Origin: Candidatus Woesearchaeota archaeon
GTDB taxonomy: Archaea > Nanobdellota > Nanobdellia > Pacearchaeales > GW2011-AR1
Reading direction: 5' to 3'
DNA length: 52,917 nucleotides
NCBI GenBank assembly: GCA_964494915.1
Contig: CAZBTP010000002.1
Coordinates: forward strand, 1 to 52,917
Below are positions 18,657 through 27,529 of the stretch, in pieces. A program made the position numbers and the translations under genes. Positions within the stretch are counted from its first letter, which is position 1. Each line of letters starts with the position of its first letter. Under the pieces are notes generated by a model. It ran no database searches and had not been told where the DNA came from. It saw only the letters and a program-made list of their open reading frames with translations.

Positions 18657-21038
18657 CTAGATCTTGTGACAGGCTTTTAGGTCTTTTTCGAAGTCTTTAA
18701 GTTCTTTGGGGATTAGAATATCTTGAAGGGGTTCTCTGAGCGAGATTCCTTTTTCTTGCTTTGATTTCCAGACTAATTTGTTGAATCTCACGAGAATGTT
18801 GACTTGCTCTGATTCTTTTTCTCTCTGTTTTCCTGTCGGGAATGATGTAGACGCCGGGTCTATTTTGAGTGCATTGCCTATGACTGTTGTTAGTTGAGGG
18901 ATGATTGGGTAGAAGAGGATTATGAGGCGTTCGAGTATTGTGTGTAAGGTGTAGTGTGCTGATGCGGTTTCTTCTTTTGTGAATTGATTTTGTTCGTTGT
19001 ATGCCCGGCTTTTTACTAGTTCGAGATAGTGTGAGGCGAAGGTTTCCCATAGATATTCGCGTAGCTTTAGGGCAGGTTGATGGAAGTTGTATCTGTCATA
19101 GGCTTCGCGTATTTGAAGGGTGAGGTCTTCGCTGTGCGCAATAAAAAGAAGGTCGAGTGCTGTTCGCGTAGGTTTTTTCGTTGGTTTTTTAAACTGGAGG
19201 ATAAAACGCGTCATGTTTAGTAGTTTGTTGATCGTTTTTGCTTCTGCGCGGATTTTTTCACGTGAGACAAGGAAGTCTTGTTTTGTGAGATCGCCTTCAA
19301 TTGCTGCCCAGAGTCTTAGGGATTCTGCACCGTCTTCTTTGATGATTGTTTGTGGATCGATAGCATTACCAAGAGATTTTGACATCTTTCTCCCTTTTTC
19401 ATCGAGGATGTGTTGATTAATCCAGACGTTCTTGAAGCAGGGTTTTTTTGTCTCGAGATAACAGCGCAGGAGTGTATAGTATAACCAGGTTCTGATTATT
19501 TCTTTTCCTTGGGGGCGTAGTGTTGCTGGATATGCATGTTCAAAGAACGGATTATCTTGTTGATAGTTTAGAATAAAAAGTGGTGAGATTGAGGAGTCCA
19601 TCCAGGTGTCGAATACACGCTCTTCTCCTTTCCAGGATAGGGATTTGAAGTTAGCGAAGGTTCCTATTATTTTATTTTTTTTCATAACAAGAGAATCGCG
19701 AGGAGGTTTTTCTTTCCATGGCTGATAGTATTTTCCAGGAGGCGGGAGTGTGGTAAGTTCATTATGATACCAGAGAGGGATTGGTGTCGCGTAATATCTT
19801 CTTCGTGAGATCGGCCAGTCTATGACAATCGAGTCTATCCAGTTTTCAAGGATTTTTAGCGCTTCTGGAGGGTGGAATTCTATTTTCTTCGCAATTTTCT
19901 TTAGGTCTTCACGAAATTCTAACTGTTTTAGGTAAAATTCTGGCATTGCGATAAACTCGATTTCTGCTCCAGAGCGTTCTGACACGGGTGTTCTGTGCGT
20001 AATCTCGCGTTGTTTTACTAGGAGGGCTTGTCGTTCTAGTTCGAGGAGGATTTGTTCTCGAGCTTTTTTTAGTGGGAGTCCTTGAAGAAAGGAGGCGTGT
20101 TCGTTCATTGTTCCATCTTTGTTTATTGCTATTACTGGTGTGAGATGCATTTCTCGGAAGAATTGTATGTCTGAGAGATCGCCTGCTGAACACATCATGA
20201 CGAGGCCGGTTCCTTTTTCAGGGTCTGCGAGTGAGTGGGGTTGTATTGGTACTTCTGTATTGAAGAGAGGTGTTATCGCATGCTTTCCTTTTAAGTGAGC
20301 ATAGCGCTTGTCTGTTGGGTGATAGATGACCATGCCGCATGTGCATATTAGTTCGGGGCGTGTTGTTCCTATGATTATTTTTTCTCCTGTTTCTTTGACT
20401 TTCCAGATAATGTCGTTGAATGTGCTTGGGAGATCGCGATACTCAATTTCTGAATCGGCAATTGTTGTTTGTAGAACAGGGTCCCAGTTGTTGATGCGGG
20501 TCGCTTCGTAGATGAGTCCTTTTTTATATAGATTGATGAAGGTTGCTTGCGTTAGGGCGCGATACTCTGGAGCGTCTGTTTTGTATATAGCTCCGATATG
20601 ATCTCCTTCTTTGTAAGAGGTGAATGATATCCCGAGACGTGAGAATGTCTTTATTGTATCTGTGGATGTTTCTTTGAGTAATTGTTCACAGAGTTCGATA
20701 AAGCGATCTCTTCCTATTTTGAATGGGGAAACGTTAAATTTTTTTTCTGTTGCCATTTCGATGGGGAGGCCATTGCGATCAAGACCGAGTGGAAAAAGGA
20801 CTTCGTTGTTGCACATTCTTTTAAAGCGTGCAAAAAAATCCATGTAGCAGTAGGTTATTGCTTGTCCGATATGTATTGCTGAGTTTACATAAGGTGGTGG
20901 GGTGTCTATTGAATATATTTTTTTCTTTGTTTTTTTAGAAAGACGAAAACGCTCTTCTTCGTACCAGCGTTCTGTTATTGTTTTCTCGATGTCCGAGTTC
21001 CAGTTTTTGATGTCTGTAAGGTTGATTCCTTTTTTCAT
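18657..21038 (-). CDS. valS: Valyl-tRNA synthetase (class Ia)
   Basis: HIGH-region variant PPPYVNSAIHIGQ, KMSKS (GRKMSKSLGNAI), CP1 editing block GTTRPE...GTGLVMMCSAGDLSD, and DWPISRRRYYATPIPLWY. The 793-aa size and CP1 pattern fit ValRS better than IleRS or LeuRS. Confidence 0.7.
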   Translation of the reverse strand: MKKGINLTDIKNWNSDIEKTITERWYEEERFRLSKKTKKKIYSIDTPPPYVNSAIHIGQAITYCYMDFFARFKRMCNNEVLFPLGLDRNGLPIEMATEKKFNVSPFKIGRDRFIELCEQLLKETSTDTIKTFSRLGISFTSYKEGDHIGAIYKTDAPEYRALTQATFINLYKKGLIYEATRINNWDPVLQTTIADSEIEYRDLPSTFNDIIWKVKETGEKIIIGTTRPELICTCGMVIYHPTDKRYAHLKGKHAITPLFNTEVPIQPHSLADPEKGTGLVMMCSAGDLSDIQFFREMHLTPVIAINKDGTMNEHASFLQGLPLKKAREQILLELERQALLVKQREITHRTPVSERSGAEIEFIAMPEFYLKQLEFREDLKKIAKKIEFHPPEALKILENWIDSIVIDWPISRRRYYATPIPLWYHNELTTLPPPGKYYQPWKEKPPRDSLVMKKNKIIGTFANFKSLSWKGEERVFDTWMDSSISPLFILNYQQDNPFFEHAYPATLRPQGKEIIRTWLYYTLLRCYLETKKPCFKNVWINQHILDEKGRKMSKSLGNAIDPQTIIKEDGAESLRLWAAIEGDLTKQDFLVSREKIRAEAKTINKLLNMTRFILQFKKPTKKPTRTALDLLFIAHSEDLTLQIREAYDRYNFHQPALKLREYLWETFASHYLELVKSRAYNEQNQFTKEETASAHYTLHTILERLIILFYPIIPQLTTVIGNALKIDPASTSFPTGKQREKESEQVNILVRFNKLVWKSKQEKGISLREPLQDILIPKELKDFEKDLKACHKI

Positions 21039-21123
21039 TTATTCTCAACGAAGAAAGGTATTAAAAATCTTCGTGTTATCATAAGGGAAGTACAAAAAGA
21101 CTCGTAGGAGAAGGCGGGGGAAC

Positions 21124-21738
21124 ATGAATAGAAAAATTGCTTTGAACCAATTAAGAGAATTAAAAAATCTGGGATCTAAAGATATGAGATTAGCTGCTGA
21201 AGGATGGGATCAACCGTGGAAGACTCTTATCGCTATTACAATGTCTGCTCGGACTAGGGATGAAGTAACTATTCCAGTTGCCATAAAATTATTTAAGAGA
21301 TATAATAGTTTGTATAAACTTGCCCATTCTGATGTTAAGGAGGTTGAAAATATCATTAAACCTGTAAATTTCTATAAAAACAAATCTAAAAATATTATTA
21401 ATTGTGCTAAACTTCTCGTTAAAGAATATAAAATGAAAGTTCCTTTATCTTTCGATGAGTTACTCAATCTACCCGGTGTTGGTAGGAAGACCGGAAATGT
21501 TTTTCTTTCCGAATATGGAAATCATGGTTTGGGAGTTGATACACATGTTTCATATATCTCGAGAAAATTAGATTGGACTAAACATAAGAATCCTTCTAAG
21601 ATAGAAGAGGATTTAAAGAAATTATTTCCTAAGAGCTACTGGAATAAAGTAAATCCAACTTTGGTAAGGTTTGGAAAAACTTACACTAGCAAACGAAAAA
21701 AAGATGCATTGTTATTGCAAACTAGCAAGATAAAATAA
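21124..21738 (+). CDS. nth: Endonuclease III-like HhH-GPD DNA glycosylase lacking the Fe-S cluster cysteines
   Basis: HhH-GPD motif LPGVGRKTGNVFL with the catalytic Lys, plus VDTHV Asp. The C-terminus (FGKTYTSKRKKD...) has no Cys-x6-C-x2-C-x5-C loop. Confidence 0.7.
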   Translation: MNRKIALNQLRELKNLGSKDMRLAAEGWDQPWKTLIAITMSARTRDEVTIPVAIKLFKRYNSLYKLAHSDVKEVENIIKPVNFYKNKSKNIINCAKLLVKEYKMKVPLSFDELLNLPGVGRKTGNVFLSEYGNHGLGVDTHVSYISRKLDWTKHKNPSKIEEDLKKLFPKSYWNKVNPTLVRFGKTYTSKRKKDALLLQTSKIK

Positions 21739-21769
21739 CTTTATCCGGGGCGAGATAAACAAAAACTGC

Positions 21770-22507
21770 TTAGAAAACTTGAGGGGTAATGGTGTTATTT
21801 TTTGTTGTAAGGTATTCTTCACATTTTTTTAGTCTCTCGAATGTTCCTATGTCTGCTATGAATTCATTGGTAAAGTATGCGTACATACCCATCCCTCTTT
21901 TTAGAATGAGGGTGTAGAGATCGTTTTCGATATTGAATTCTTCTTTTTCTATCGCATCTATAACATTGAGGATGCTCGGTTCGAAGATACATAACCCCGT
22001 ATTGGTGAGATCTCCTGCGTTTGTGTGATCATCATTTTTTGAGATAAAATGTGTTACTTTGTTGCCGCTATCGATTTTTAAGATGTCTGAGTCATCGGGG
22101 TGCGATGATTTGTGTGTCAGTACTGTTATGTGCGCGTTTTTTGTTTCGTGAAACTTCTCCATTTTTTTAAGGTCTACTTCGCAGATGACATCTCCTGATA
22201 TATAGGCACATCTTTTTTCGATGTATTTTTTTGCGTATCTTACTGCACCACCGCTTCCTAGCCTCTGTGGCTCGTTTGAATGGATTATCTTTATTTGGAA
22301 AGAAGAGCCGTCTTTGAAGTAGTCTACTACTTTTTCTGCTTTGTGACCGTTGAGCATGATGATCTCGTTTATTTCATTTTTTTTTGCCCAGTCAACAAGA
22401 TGGTGGAGTACGGGTTTTCCACATATATGCACCATTGGTTTTGGTATGTCCTTCGTTAGAGGATAGAGCCTTTCTCCTTTTCCGCCTGTGCTAATGAGTA
22501 ACCTCAT
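21770..22507 (-). CDS. Sugar-phosphate nucleotidyltransferase (HddC/ManC-like)
   Basis: N-terminal LISTGGKGERLYPLTKDIPKPMV (NTP_transferase signature). 4-nt overlap with gmhB. Confidence 0.65.
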   Translation of the reverse strand: MRLLISTGGKGERLYPLTKDIPKPMVHICGKPVLHHLVDWAKKNEINEIIMLNGHKAEKVVDYFKDGSSFQIKIIHSNEPQRLGSGGAVRYAKKYIEKRCAYISGDVICEVDLKKMEKFHETKNAHITVLTHKSSHPDDSDILKIDSGNKVTHFISKNDDHTNAGDLTNTGLCIFEPSILNVIDAIEKEEFNIENDLYTLILKRGMGMYAYFTNEFIADIGTFERLKKCEEYLTTKNNTITPQVF

Positions 22508-23061
22508 TTTTTTAGGATTATTTGTGTTACTGCCTCGTAGAGGTCTTTTGTTATGTAGTGGGGAGTTGCGTCATTGAAACCGCCTTTTCCTCCGTAGCCT
22601 GTTTCCACAAGTATTGTTTTGCATCCAGCGCGTTCGCCTGCGAGTATATCTCCTATTTGATCTCCGATCATGTAAGATTCGCTTAGCGTCTCTAAACCAA
22701 AGTCTTTTTTTGCTTGTAACAACATACCTGGTTTTGGTTTTCTACACTCGCATTCGATTGTGTACTTCGCGATAACTCCTTTTGGATGATGGGGGCAATA
22801 GTAGATTCTGTCTAGTTTTGCTCCTTTTTCGAGGAGGAGTTGTTCGAGATGTTTGTTTATTTCTATGACTTCCTCTTCGGTGCAGAGTCCCCTTGCGACA
22901 ACTGGTTGATTTGTAACGACAACTACGCGATAGTTATGCTCGTTTAGTTTTTTTATCGCCTCTTCTGTTTGTGGAAGTAATTCAAGATCTTCTTTTTTTG
23001 AGAGGAGATGTTTCTCTTTACAGATTACACCATCCCTGTCGATGAAGACTATTCTGTTCAT
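22504..23061 (-). CDS. gmhB: D,D-heptose 1,7-bisphosphate phosphatase (HAD-IIIA)
   Basis: FIDRDGVI, VVVTNQPVVARG, YYCPHHP...CECRKPKPGM and IGDQIGDILAG, the characteristic GmhB motif set including the Zn-binding Cys/His. Confidence 0.75.
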   Translation of the reverse strand: MNRIVFIDRDGVICKEKHLLSKKEDLELLPQTEEAIKKLNEHNYRVVVVTNQPVVARGLCTEEEVIEINKHLEQLLLEKGAKLDRIYYCPHHPKGVIAKYTIECECRKPKPGMLLQAKKDFGLETLSESYMIGDQIGDILAGERAGCKTILVETGYGGKGGFNDATPHYITKDLYEAVTQIILKK

Positions 23062-23171
23062 TTTCTTTTTTATATCGCTTCTATGTTTGTCTCTGTTATT
23101 TAAGTTTTCTGTAGTTGAGTTTCTTTTCTTTGTGGCGATAGTTTTTTATACTCGTATTTCTCAGAGAGGAG

Positions 23172-23339
23172 ATGGCTGATAATCAGATCCACATGCCTGG
23201 TGCCTTTGGCGGACTTGTTCGCTATAATGAGGAATATGAGAGCAGGATTATGCTTACGCCTACTCAGGTAATTGTATTTCTTGTGTTTGTTGTTCTGTTT
23301 GTTCTCGTGCTTAAACTTCTATGGCCGGTGAACGGTTAA
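23172..23339 (+). CDS. secG: Preprotein translocase subunit Sec61-beta (archaeal SecG)
   Basis: 55-aa ORF absent from the track: MADNQIHMPGAFGGLVRYNEEYESRIMLTPTQVIVFLVFVVLFVLVLKLLWPVNG. It has the GL.RY.EE...I.L.P motif followed by one TM span. GAGAGGAG lies just upstream of the ATG. Confidence 0.6.
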   Translation: MADNQIHMPGAFGGLVRYNEEYESRIMLTPTQVIVFLVFVVLFVLVLKLLWPVNG

Positions 23340-23343
23340 TTCT

Positions 23344-23706
23344 ATGTTTCCCCCACTTGGTGGCCTTGATCCTCGGAAAATGCAGGTCATGTTGAAACAG
23401 CTTGGGATTAAACAGGAGGATGTTGAAGCTGATCGCGTTGTTATCGAAGGTCATGATCGGCTTATTGTGATTGAGCGGCCTTCTGTTCAGAAGATAATGA
23501 TGCAAGGTGAAACAAGTTGGCAGATTAGCGGGAACGTTCGTGAAGAGATGCGTGATATACTGAGTGAGGATGATATTGCGCTTGTTATGGAGAAAAGCGG
23601 CGCTTCGCGTGATGAGGCGGCGCGAGTACTCCGGGAGACTCAGGATATTGCTGAGGCGATTGTACGACTCTCAAAAACTTCTGGTTTGTCGACGAAAGGT
23701 ATTTAA
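23344..23706 (+). CDS. nac: Nascent polypeptide-associated complex protein (NAC alpha)
   Basis: NAC domain (PRKMQVMLKQLGIKQEDVEADRVVIEG...VIERPSVQKIMMQGETSWQISG) plus a C-terminal UBA-like segment (EDDIALVMEKSGASRDEAARVLRE). Confidence 0.8.
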   Translation: MFPPLGGLDPRKMQVMLKQLGIKQEDVEADRVVIEGHDRLIVIERPSVQKIMMQGETSWQISGNVREEMRDILSEDDIALVMEKSGASRDEAARVLRETQDIAEAIVRLSKTSGLSTKGI

Positions 23707-23756
23707 AGGGCTGTGACATAGAATCCCTACGGCAACTTGTAGTGTGACGCTTCTGT

Positions 23757-24182
23757 ATGGAAGAGATAATAAAAGAGAAGATTAGTGCGGACCACCTCCT
23801 CTACGTGAGTCTTAAATACACAAAGACGTGTGATGTTATTATTAATCTGCTGTCGCGTTGGAAGACAATGATTGAACTAGGTCTTGAGCGATTGATTGAT
23901 AAGCTTAAGAAGGAGAAGAAGTGGAAACTGACTTCGGATGCACCACGGGCGAAGATTATTCCGCTTAAGAAGATCTATGCACATAATCCTGATGTCATGA
24001 AGACGCTTCTGCTTTATGAGTTCTTTCGTGATCTTGATTTACTCGAAAAGGTGCGCGAGAATGAATTTCGGAAAGGAGTGAATCTGAAGGTTACTTACCG
24101 AGGGGAGATTGTTAATATTAATCTGAATACATTGAAGGAATACGCGGGTATTCTCGAAAGGTTTATAAGCTTTGTCAGATAA
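23757..24182 (+). CDS. Hypothetical protein
   Basis: 141-aa ORF with native composition between nac and minD. No family recognised. Confidence 0.4.
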   Translation: MEEIIKEKISADHLLYVSLKYTKTCDVIINLLSRWKTMIELGLERLIDKLKKEKKWKLTSDAPRAKIIPLKKIYAHNPDVMKTLLLYEFFRDLDLLEKVRENEFRKGVNLKVTYRGEIVNINLNTLKEYAGILERFISFVR

Positions 24183-24214
24183 CTCTTGCTTGCACCGTTG
24201 TATGGTGGTTTGTT

Positions 24215-24973
24215 ATGAGTCGTATTATTACAATTACTTCTGGGAAAGGTGGAGTTGGGAAGACAACTACCGCGGTGAATATTGCTGCGGCACTGAATGG
24301 ATTTAAGAAGGATGTTATTCTTGTTGATGCAAATCTTACAACGCCGAACATTGGACTGCATTTGGGAGCACCGATTGTACCGGTGAGTCTGAATCATGTC
24401 CTTTTAGGAAAGTCAGCGGTTGCTGATGCTATCTATGAACATGCCTCTGGGACAAAGATTATTCCGAGTTCGTTGTCAATAAGTGATTTACAGCATCTTG
24501 ATCATACTCGTTTAAAGGACGTGGGAAAGAAGCTGCGGAAAATGGCTGATGTGATTATCTATGATTCTGCTGCGGGATTGGGTGATGAGGCTGTTGCTGC
24601 TATTGAGTCTGCTGATGAACTGATTATTGTAACAAATCCAGAGATACCTGCTGTTACTGATGCATTAAAGACAACAAAACTTGCTGCACAGCTTGGTAAA
24701 CCTATCCGTGGTGTTATTGTTACTCGTGTGCGTTATACAAAGACAGAGATGCCCTTGGAGAATATTAGTGATATGCTCGAGCTTCCTTTGCTTGGCGTGA
24801 TTCCTGAGGATGACCGCGTGCAGGCTTCGCTTGTTGCGAAGGATGCTCTTGTTCATGCGTATCCAAGATGCAAAGCGGCACGTGCGTACAGAAAGATAGC
24901 GGCACGACTTATTGGCAACAACACGTACAAAGAGAATTTGAGTTTCTTTGACATCCTTTTCGGGCGCTACTAA
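24215..24973 (+). CDS. minD: MinD/ParA-family P-loop ATPase
   Basis: Deviant Walker A ITITSGKGGVGKTTTAVNIAAAL and the later DSAAGL block. Confidence 0.8.
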   Translation: MSRIITITSGKGGVGKTTTAVNIAAALNGFKKDVILVDANLTTPNIGLHLGAPIVPVSLNHVLLGKSAVADAIYEHASGTKIIPSSLSISDLQHLDHTRLKDVGKKLRKMADVIIYDSAAGLGDEAVAAIESADELIIVTNPEIPAVTDALKTTKLAAQLGKPIRGVIVTRVRYTKTEMPLENISDMLELPLLGVIPEDDRVQASLVAKDALVHAYPRCKAARAYRKIAARLIGNNTYKENLSFFDILFGRY

Positions 24974-25038
24974 TATCTTTGTATCTGCTTAGAATTATAA
25001 AGTTACTAGGACAACTTTATGTTACAACTTTGATAATG

Positions 25039-25087
25039 TCAAGATGTTACGACATCTTGAGCATGCTCAAGAACCGGGTGTTCTTGA
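25039..25087. terminator. Two adjacent perfect hairpins in a convergent intergenic region
   Basis: TCAAGATGT-tacg-ACATCTTGA (25039-25060) and TCAAGAAC-cgggt-GTTCTTGA (25067-25087). Both stems start with TCAAGA. The role as terminator or binding site is inferred only. Confidence 0.3.
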
Positions 25088-25238
25088 CATTGCCCAATTA
25101 TCTCAATTACGAAGGATTTAATTTAATGAATGCTAATAATAATATCACATATGATACCTTGGCTATTTTTTCAAGGTAAATTTTAAAGATTAGCAGATTT
25201 TAGCTTTAGAAAGCTGAGTAATTACGTACTTTTAGAGA

Positions 25239-25946
25239 TTATTTGCAACAGACCGCATAGACTCGAATTACGCCATCGACTTGGGTGGGGCATATAAAGT
25301 TATTACACTGATGCGCTTCTTGAGGGAGCTTGCACGAACCAAGCCAGAAAATAGGAGCAGGATAGGTGGTATCGGCTGTACTTGTAAGAAATGAAGGATT
25401 ATCAACATAAGGGTAGTCCAGATCCGAGTCAAAAAAACCGAAGACCCCTGTACTTGGCATTGGCAGCCTCGTGTATGTACAACGAGTCCCTCCTCCTGTG
25501 ACTACATATCCGGTAGGACACTGAGCAGTATGGCTTAAGCTAGCTTTGGGAGGAAGATTAGTATATTGAGCAACAGCGGCGACTGTTATACAACTTAAAG
25601 CGCTTCCTGGGGAGGTTGTACTATCATCGGTCTCACAGATGACGCTTCCATCGTCATTTACCTGTCGGATTGAGCTGCCAGGTCCGCATGTTCCAGAGAC
25701 CTTTCGCTGAAATGCCAGTGCTGAACTTCCTTGGAGCTTTTCACTATCGTCGCTCTTGTCAATAATACCATTTGCATTGCTATCGACAATATCTTTATTT
25801 ATAAGATCATTTACTATTTCACTTAATGAGTGATAGCCAATAGTGGGGGACACCTTTGTTGCAACAACGAACCCTGTTAAGGCGGCGATTGTAATTATTC
25901 CTAGGATAACGAGATGTTTCTTTTTTATGGTGAGTTGTAGTTTCAT
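25239..25946 (-). CDS. Membrane-anchored Cys-rich extracellular protein
   Basis: N-terminal anchor (LVILGIITIAALTGFVVA) and a C-terminal half with about 10 Cys. Its composition is more balanced than the flanking skewed DNA. Confidence 0.4.
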   Translation of the reverse strand: MKLQLTIKKKHLVILGIITIAALTGFVVATKVSPTIGYHSLSEIVNDLINKDIVDSNANGIIDKSDDSEKLQGSSALAFQRKVSGTCGPGSSIRQVNDDGSVICETDDSTTSPGSALSCITVAAVAQYTNLPPKASLSHTAQCPTGYVVTGGGTRCTYTRLPMPSTGVFGFFDSDLDYPYVDNPSFLTSTADTTYPAPIFWLGSCKLPQEAHQCNNFICPTQVDGVIRVYAVCCK

Positions 25947-25949
25947 AGT

Positions 25950-26285
25950 TTACTGGACGCTCGTGCCTGTTGCAACCTCCTGTTCAGGTTCAAGAATAAC
26001 AACGTGCGTTTTATCTTCGCTTACTGCTGCGAGGATCATCCCCTCGCTGACAACGCCACGTACTGTTACTGGTTCTATATTTGTAATAAAAAGTGCTTTT
26101 TTTCCTTCCAATTTCTTTTTTGTATAGTGTTGTTTTAATCCTGCGACAATTGTTTTTTTCTTATCCATCTCTAGATCAACTGTTAACACAAGGAGTTTGT
26201 CTGCATTTGGATGATCGTCAACCTTCGCAATCTTGCCAATTCTTAAATCAAGTTTTTGAAAGTCTTTTATCGAGATGGTGTTCAT
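25950..26285 (-). CDS. tRNA-binding OB-fold protein (CsaA/Trbp111/MetRS C-terminal-like)
   Basis: FQKLDLRIGKIAKVDDHPNADKLLVLTVDL...VAGL...VRGVVSEGMILAA is the typical EMAP/tRNA-binding domain pattern. Confidence 0.75.
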   Translation of the reverse strand: MNTISIKDFQKLDLRIGKIAKVDDHPNADKLLVLTVDLEMDKKKTIVAGLKQHYTKKKLEGKKALFITNIEPVTVRGVVSEGMILAAVSEDKTHVVILEPEQEVATGTSVQ

Positions 26286-26319
26286 GGCGTTTATGCGTGA
26301 GACAGCTTTATATACTTTT

Positions 26320-26922
26320 TTACTCTTTCGTGAATGTTACGTCTTTTGTGACTTTTTGTTTGTTACCATTGACGTCATACGAGACTTCGTATCGTACTGT
26401 TCTTTGTTCGCCTGTTTTGGTATTTTTTCCGAACAGTTTTTTGAGTGGAATATCGAAATTGCAGGCGGCGAATATGTTTGAGTAGTACGCGAGCATTTCT
26501 GTTGGAGAGGAGACACTTGCTATTGCGCTGAGAAATTTTTGTCTGCCTTTTTCATCGAGGAATACGTAGTCTCCTGAGCCATATACTTTTGGTGTTATGC
26601 ATGAGTTGTTTTCTTTTCCCTTTGCGATTTCTTCGTTCTTTTTGAATTCGGACGTACTCCCACTGAGGAAGATAACTCTGGCTTCTATGATTTCGATGTA
26701 TTGCTCTGCGTCTTTTATAGGGTAGAATACTCGTAGTCGCGTTGGTGCTGTTTCTGGAATGTTGGTGAGGTTGTTCAATATACCGCCTGTGAGAACTGGT
26801 TTCACATCATCTGTTGTTCTTCCGGTTATTAAAAGAGGGGTGTTGTTTTGCGTGATTGTGAGGATGAGTGCAACTATTCCTGCGAGGATGATGATTGCGA
26901 TGATGTAGTTTTTTGATGTCAC
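26320..26922 (-). CDS. Membrane-anchored hypothetical protein
   Basis: N-terminal TM (YIIAIIILAGIVALILTI) followed by a soluble domain of unknown family. It lies next to the pilin gene. Confidence 0.4.
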   Translation of the reverse strand: MTSKNYIIAIIILAGIVALILTITQNNTPLLITGRTTDDVKPVLTGGILNNLTNIPETAPTRLRVFYPIKDAEQYIEIIEARVIFLSGSTSEFKKNEEIAKGKENNSCITPKVYGSGDYVFLDEKGRQKFLSAIASVSSPTEMLAYYSNIFAACNFDIPLKKLFGKNTKTGEQRTVRYEVSYDVNGNKQKVTKDVTFTKE

Positions 26923-26996
26923 TTATTTCGAGAGAACTCCCCATATATAAAAATTCTTCGCATTTTAACAAAGGAATAAAAAAGAAAAGGGTTTGT

Positions 26997-27452
26997 TTAT
27001 GCAGTTATTTTTTCAGCGATTGTTCCGGTTGATGTAAGATCTACTAAACTGCCACTCTTACGGTAGTTGATAACAATGTCGCCTTTGAACGTGTTGCCTA
27101 CTGTTAATGCACTTGAGCAGGGTATGACCATTGTTGTTATGGAACTTGTGCTTACTGATAATGATGTTCCGTTAATACCGCAGCCTGTTACGTTTATACT
27201 TTGAAGTGTAAAATCTTCACCACCATTATTTCGTAATTCGAGAACAACTCCGGGACTACCGCTTCCTGTGTTTGCTTGTACATTCCACGCGTTTATATAG
27301 AATGGTGCTGTCACTATTGCAGAGCCAGAAACATACTTGCCAGGACTGAATACTCCGAAATAGGCGAGGACACCAATGGCGATAATAGCTGCTAATATAG
27401 CCCAGCCATAGGTCATCAAGAACTCCATCGCTGCTTGTCCTTTATGGTTCAT
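26997..27452 (-). CDS. Archaeal type IV pilin-like protein (class III signal peptide, DUF361-like)
   Basis: MNHKGQ/AAMEFLMTYGWAILAAIIAIGVLAYF: a short basic leader, a KGQ cleavage context and a hydrophobic helix. Confidence 0.7.
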   Translation of the reverse strand: MNHKGQAAMEFLMTYGWAILAAIIAIGVLAYFGVFSPGKYVSGSAIVTAPFYINAWNVQANTGSGSPGVVLELRNNGGEDFTLQSINVTGCGINGTSLSVSTSSITTMVIPCSSALTVGNTFKGDIVINYRKSGSLVDLTSTGTIAEKITA

Positions 27453-27529
27453 TCGTACCTCCTTTATATCTTCACGTACTTACCTTATATAACGCCGTAT
27501 TTATAAACTTTCTTATTCTTAAGGAGCGT
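27453..27529. promoter_or_regulatory. Divergent promoter region with TATA-like boxes on both strands
   Basis: tttataaa at 27500-27507 lies about 23 nt upstream of ATG 27530, with aaggag at 27521-27526. On the other strand, ttatataagg (27483-27492 region) and aaaggagg precede the pilin ATG at 27452. Confidence 0.35.
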
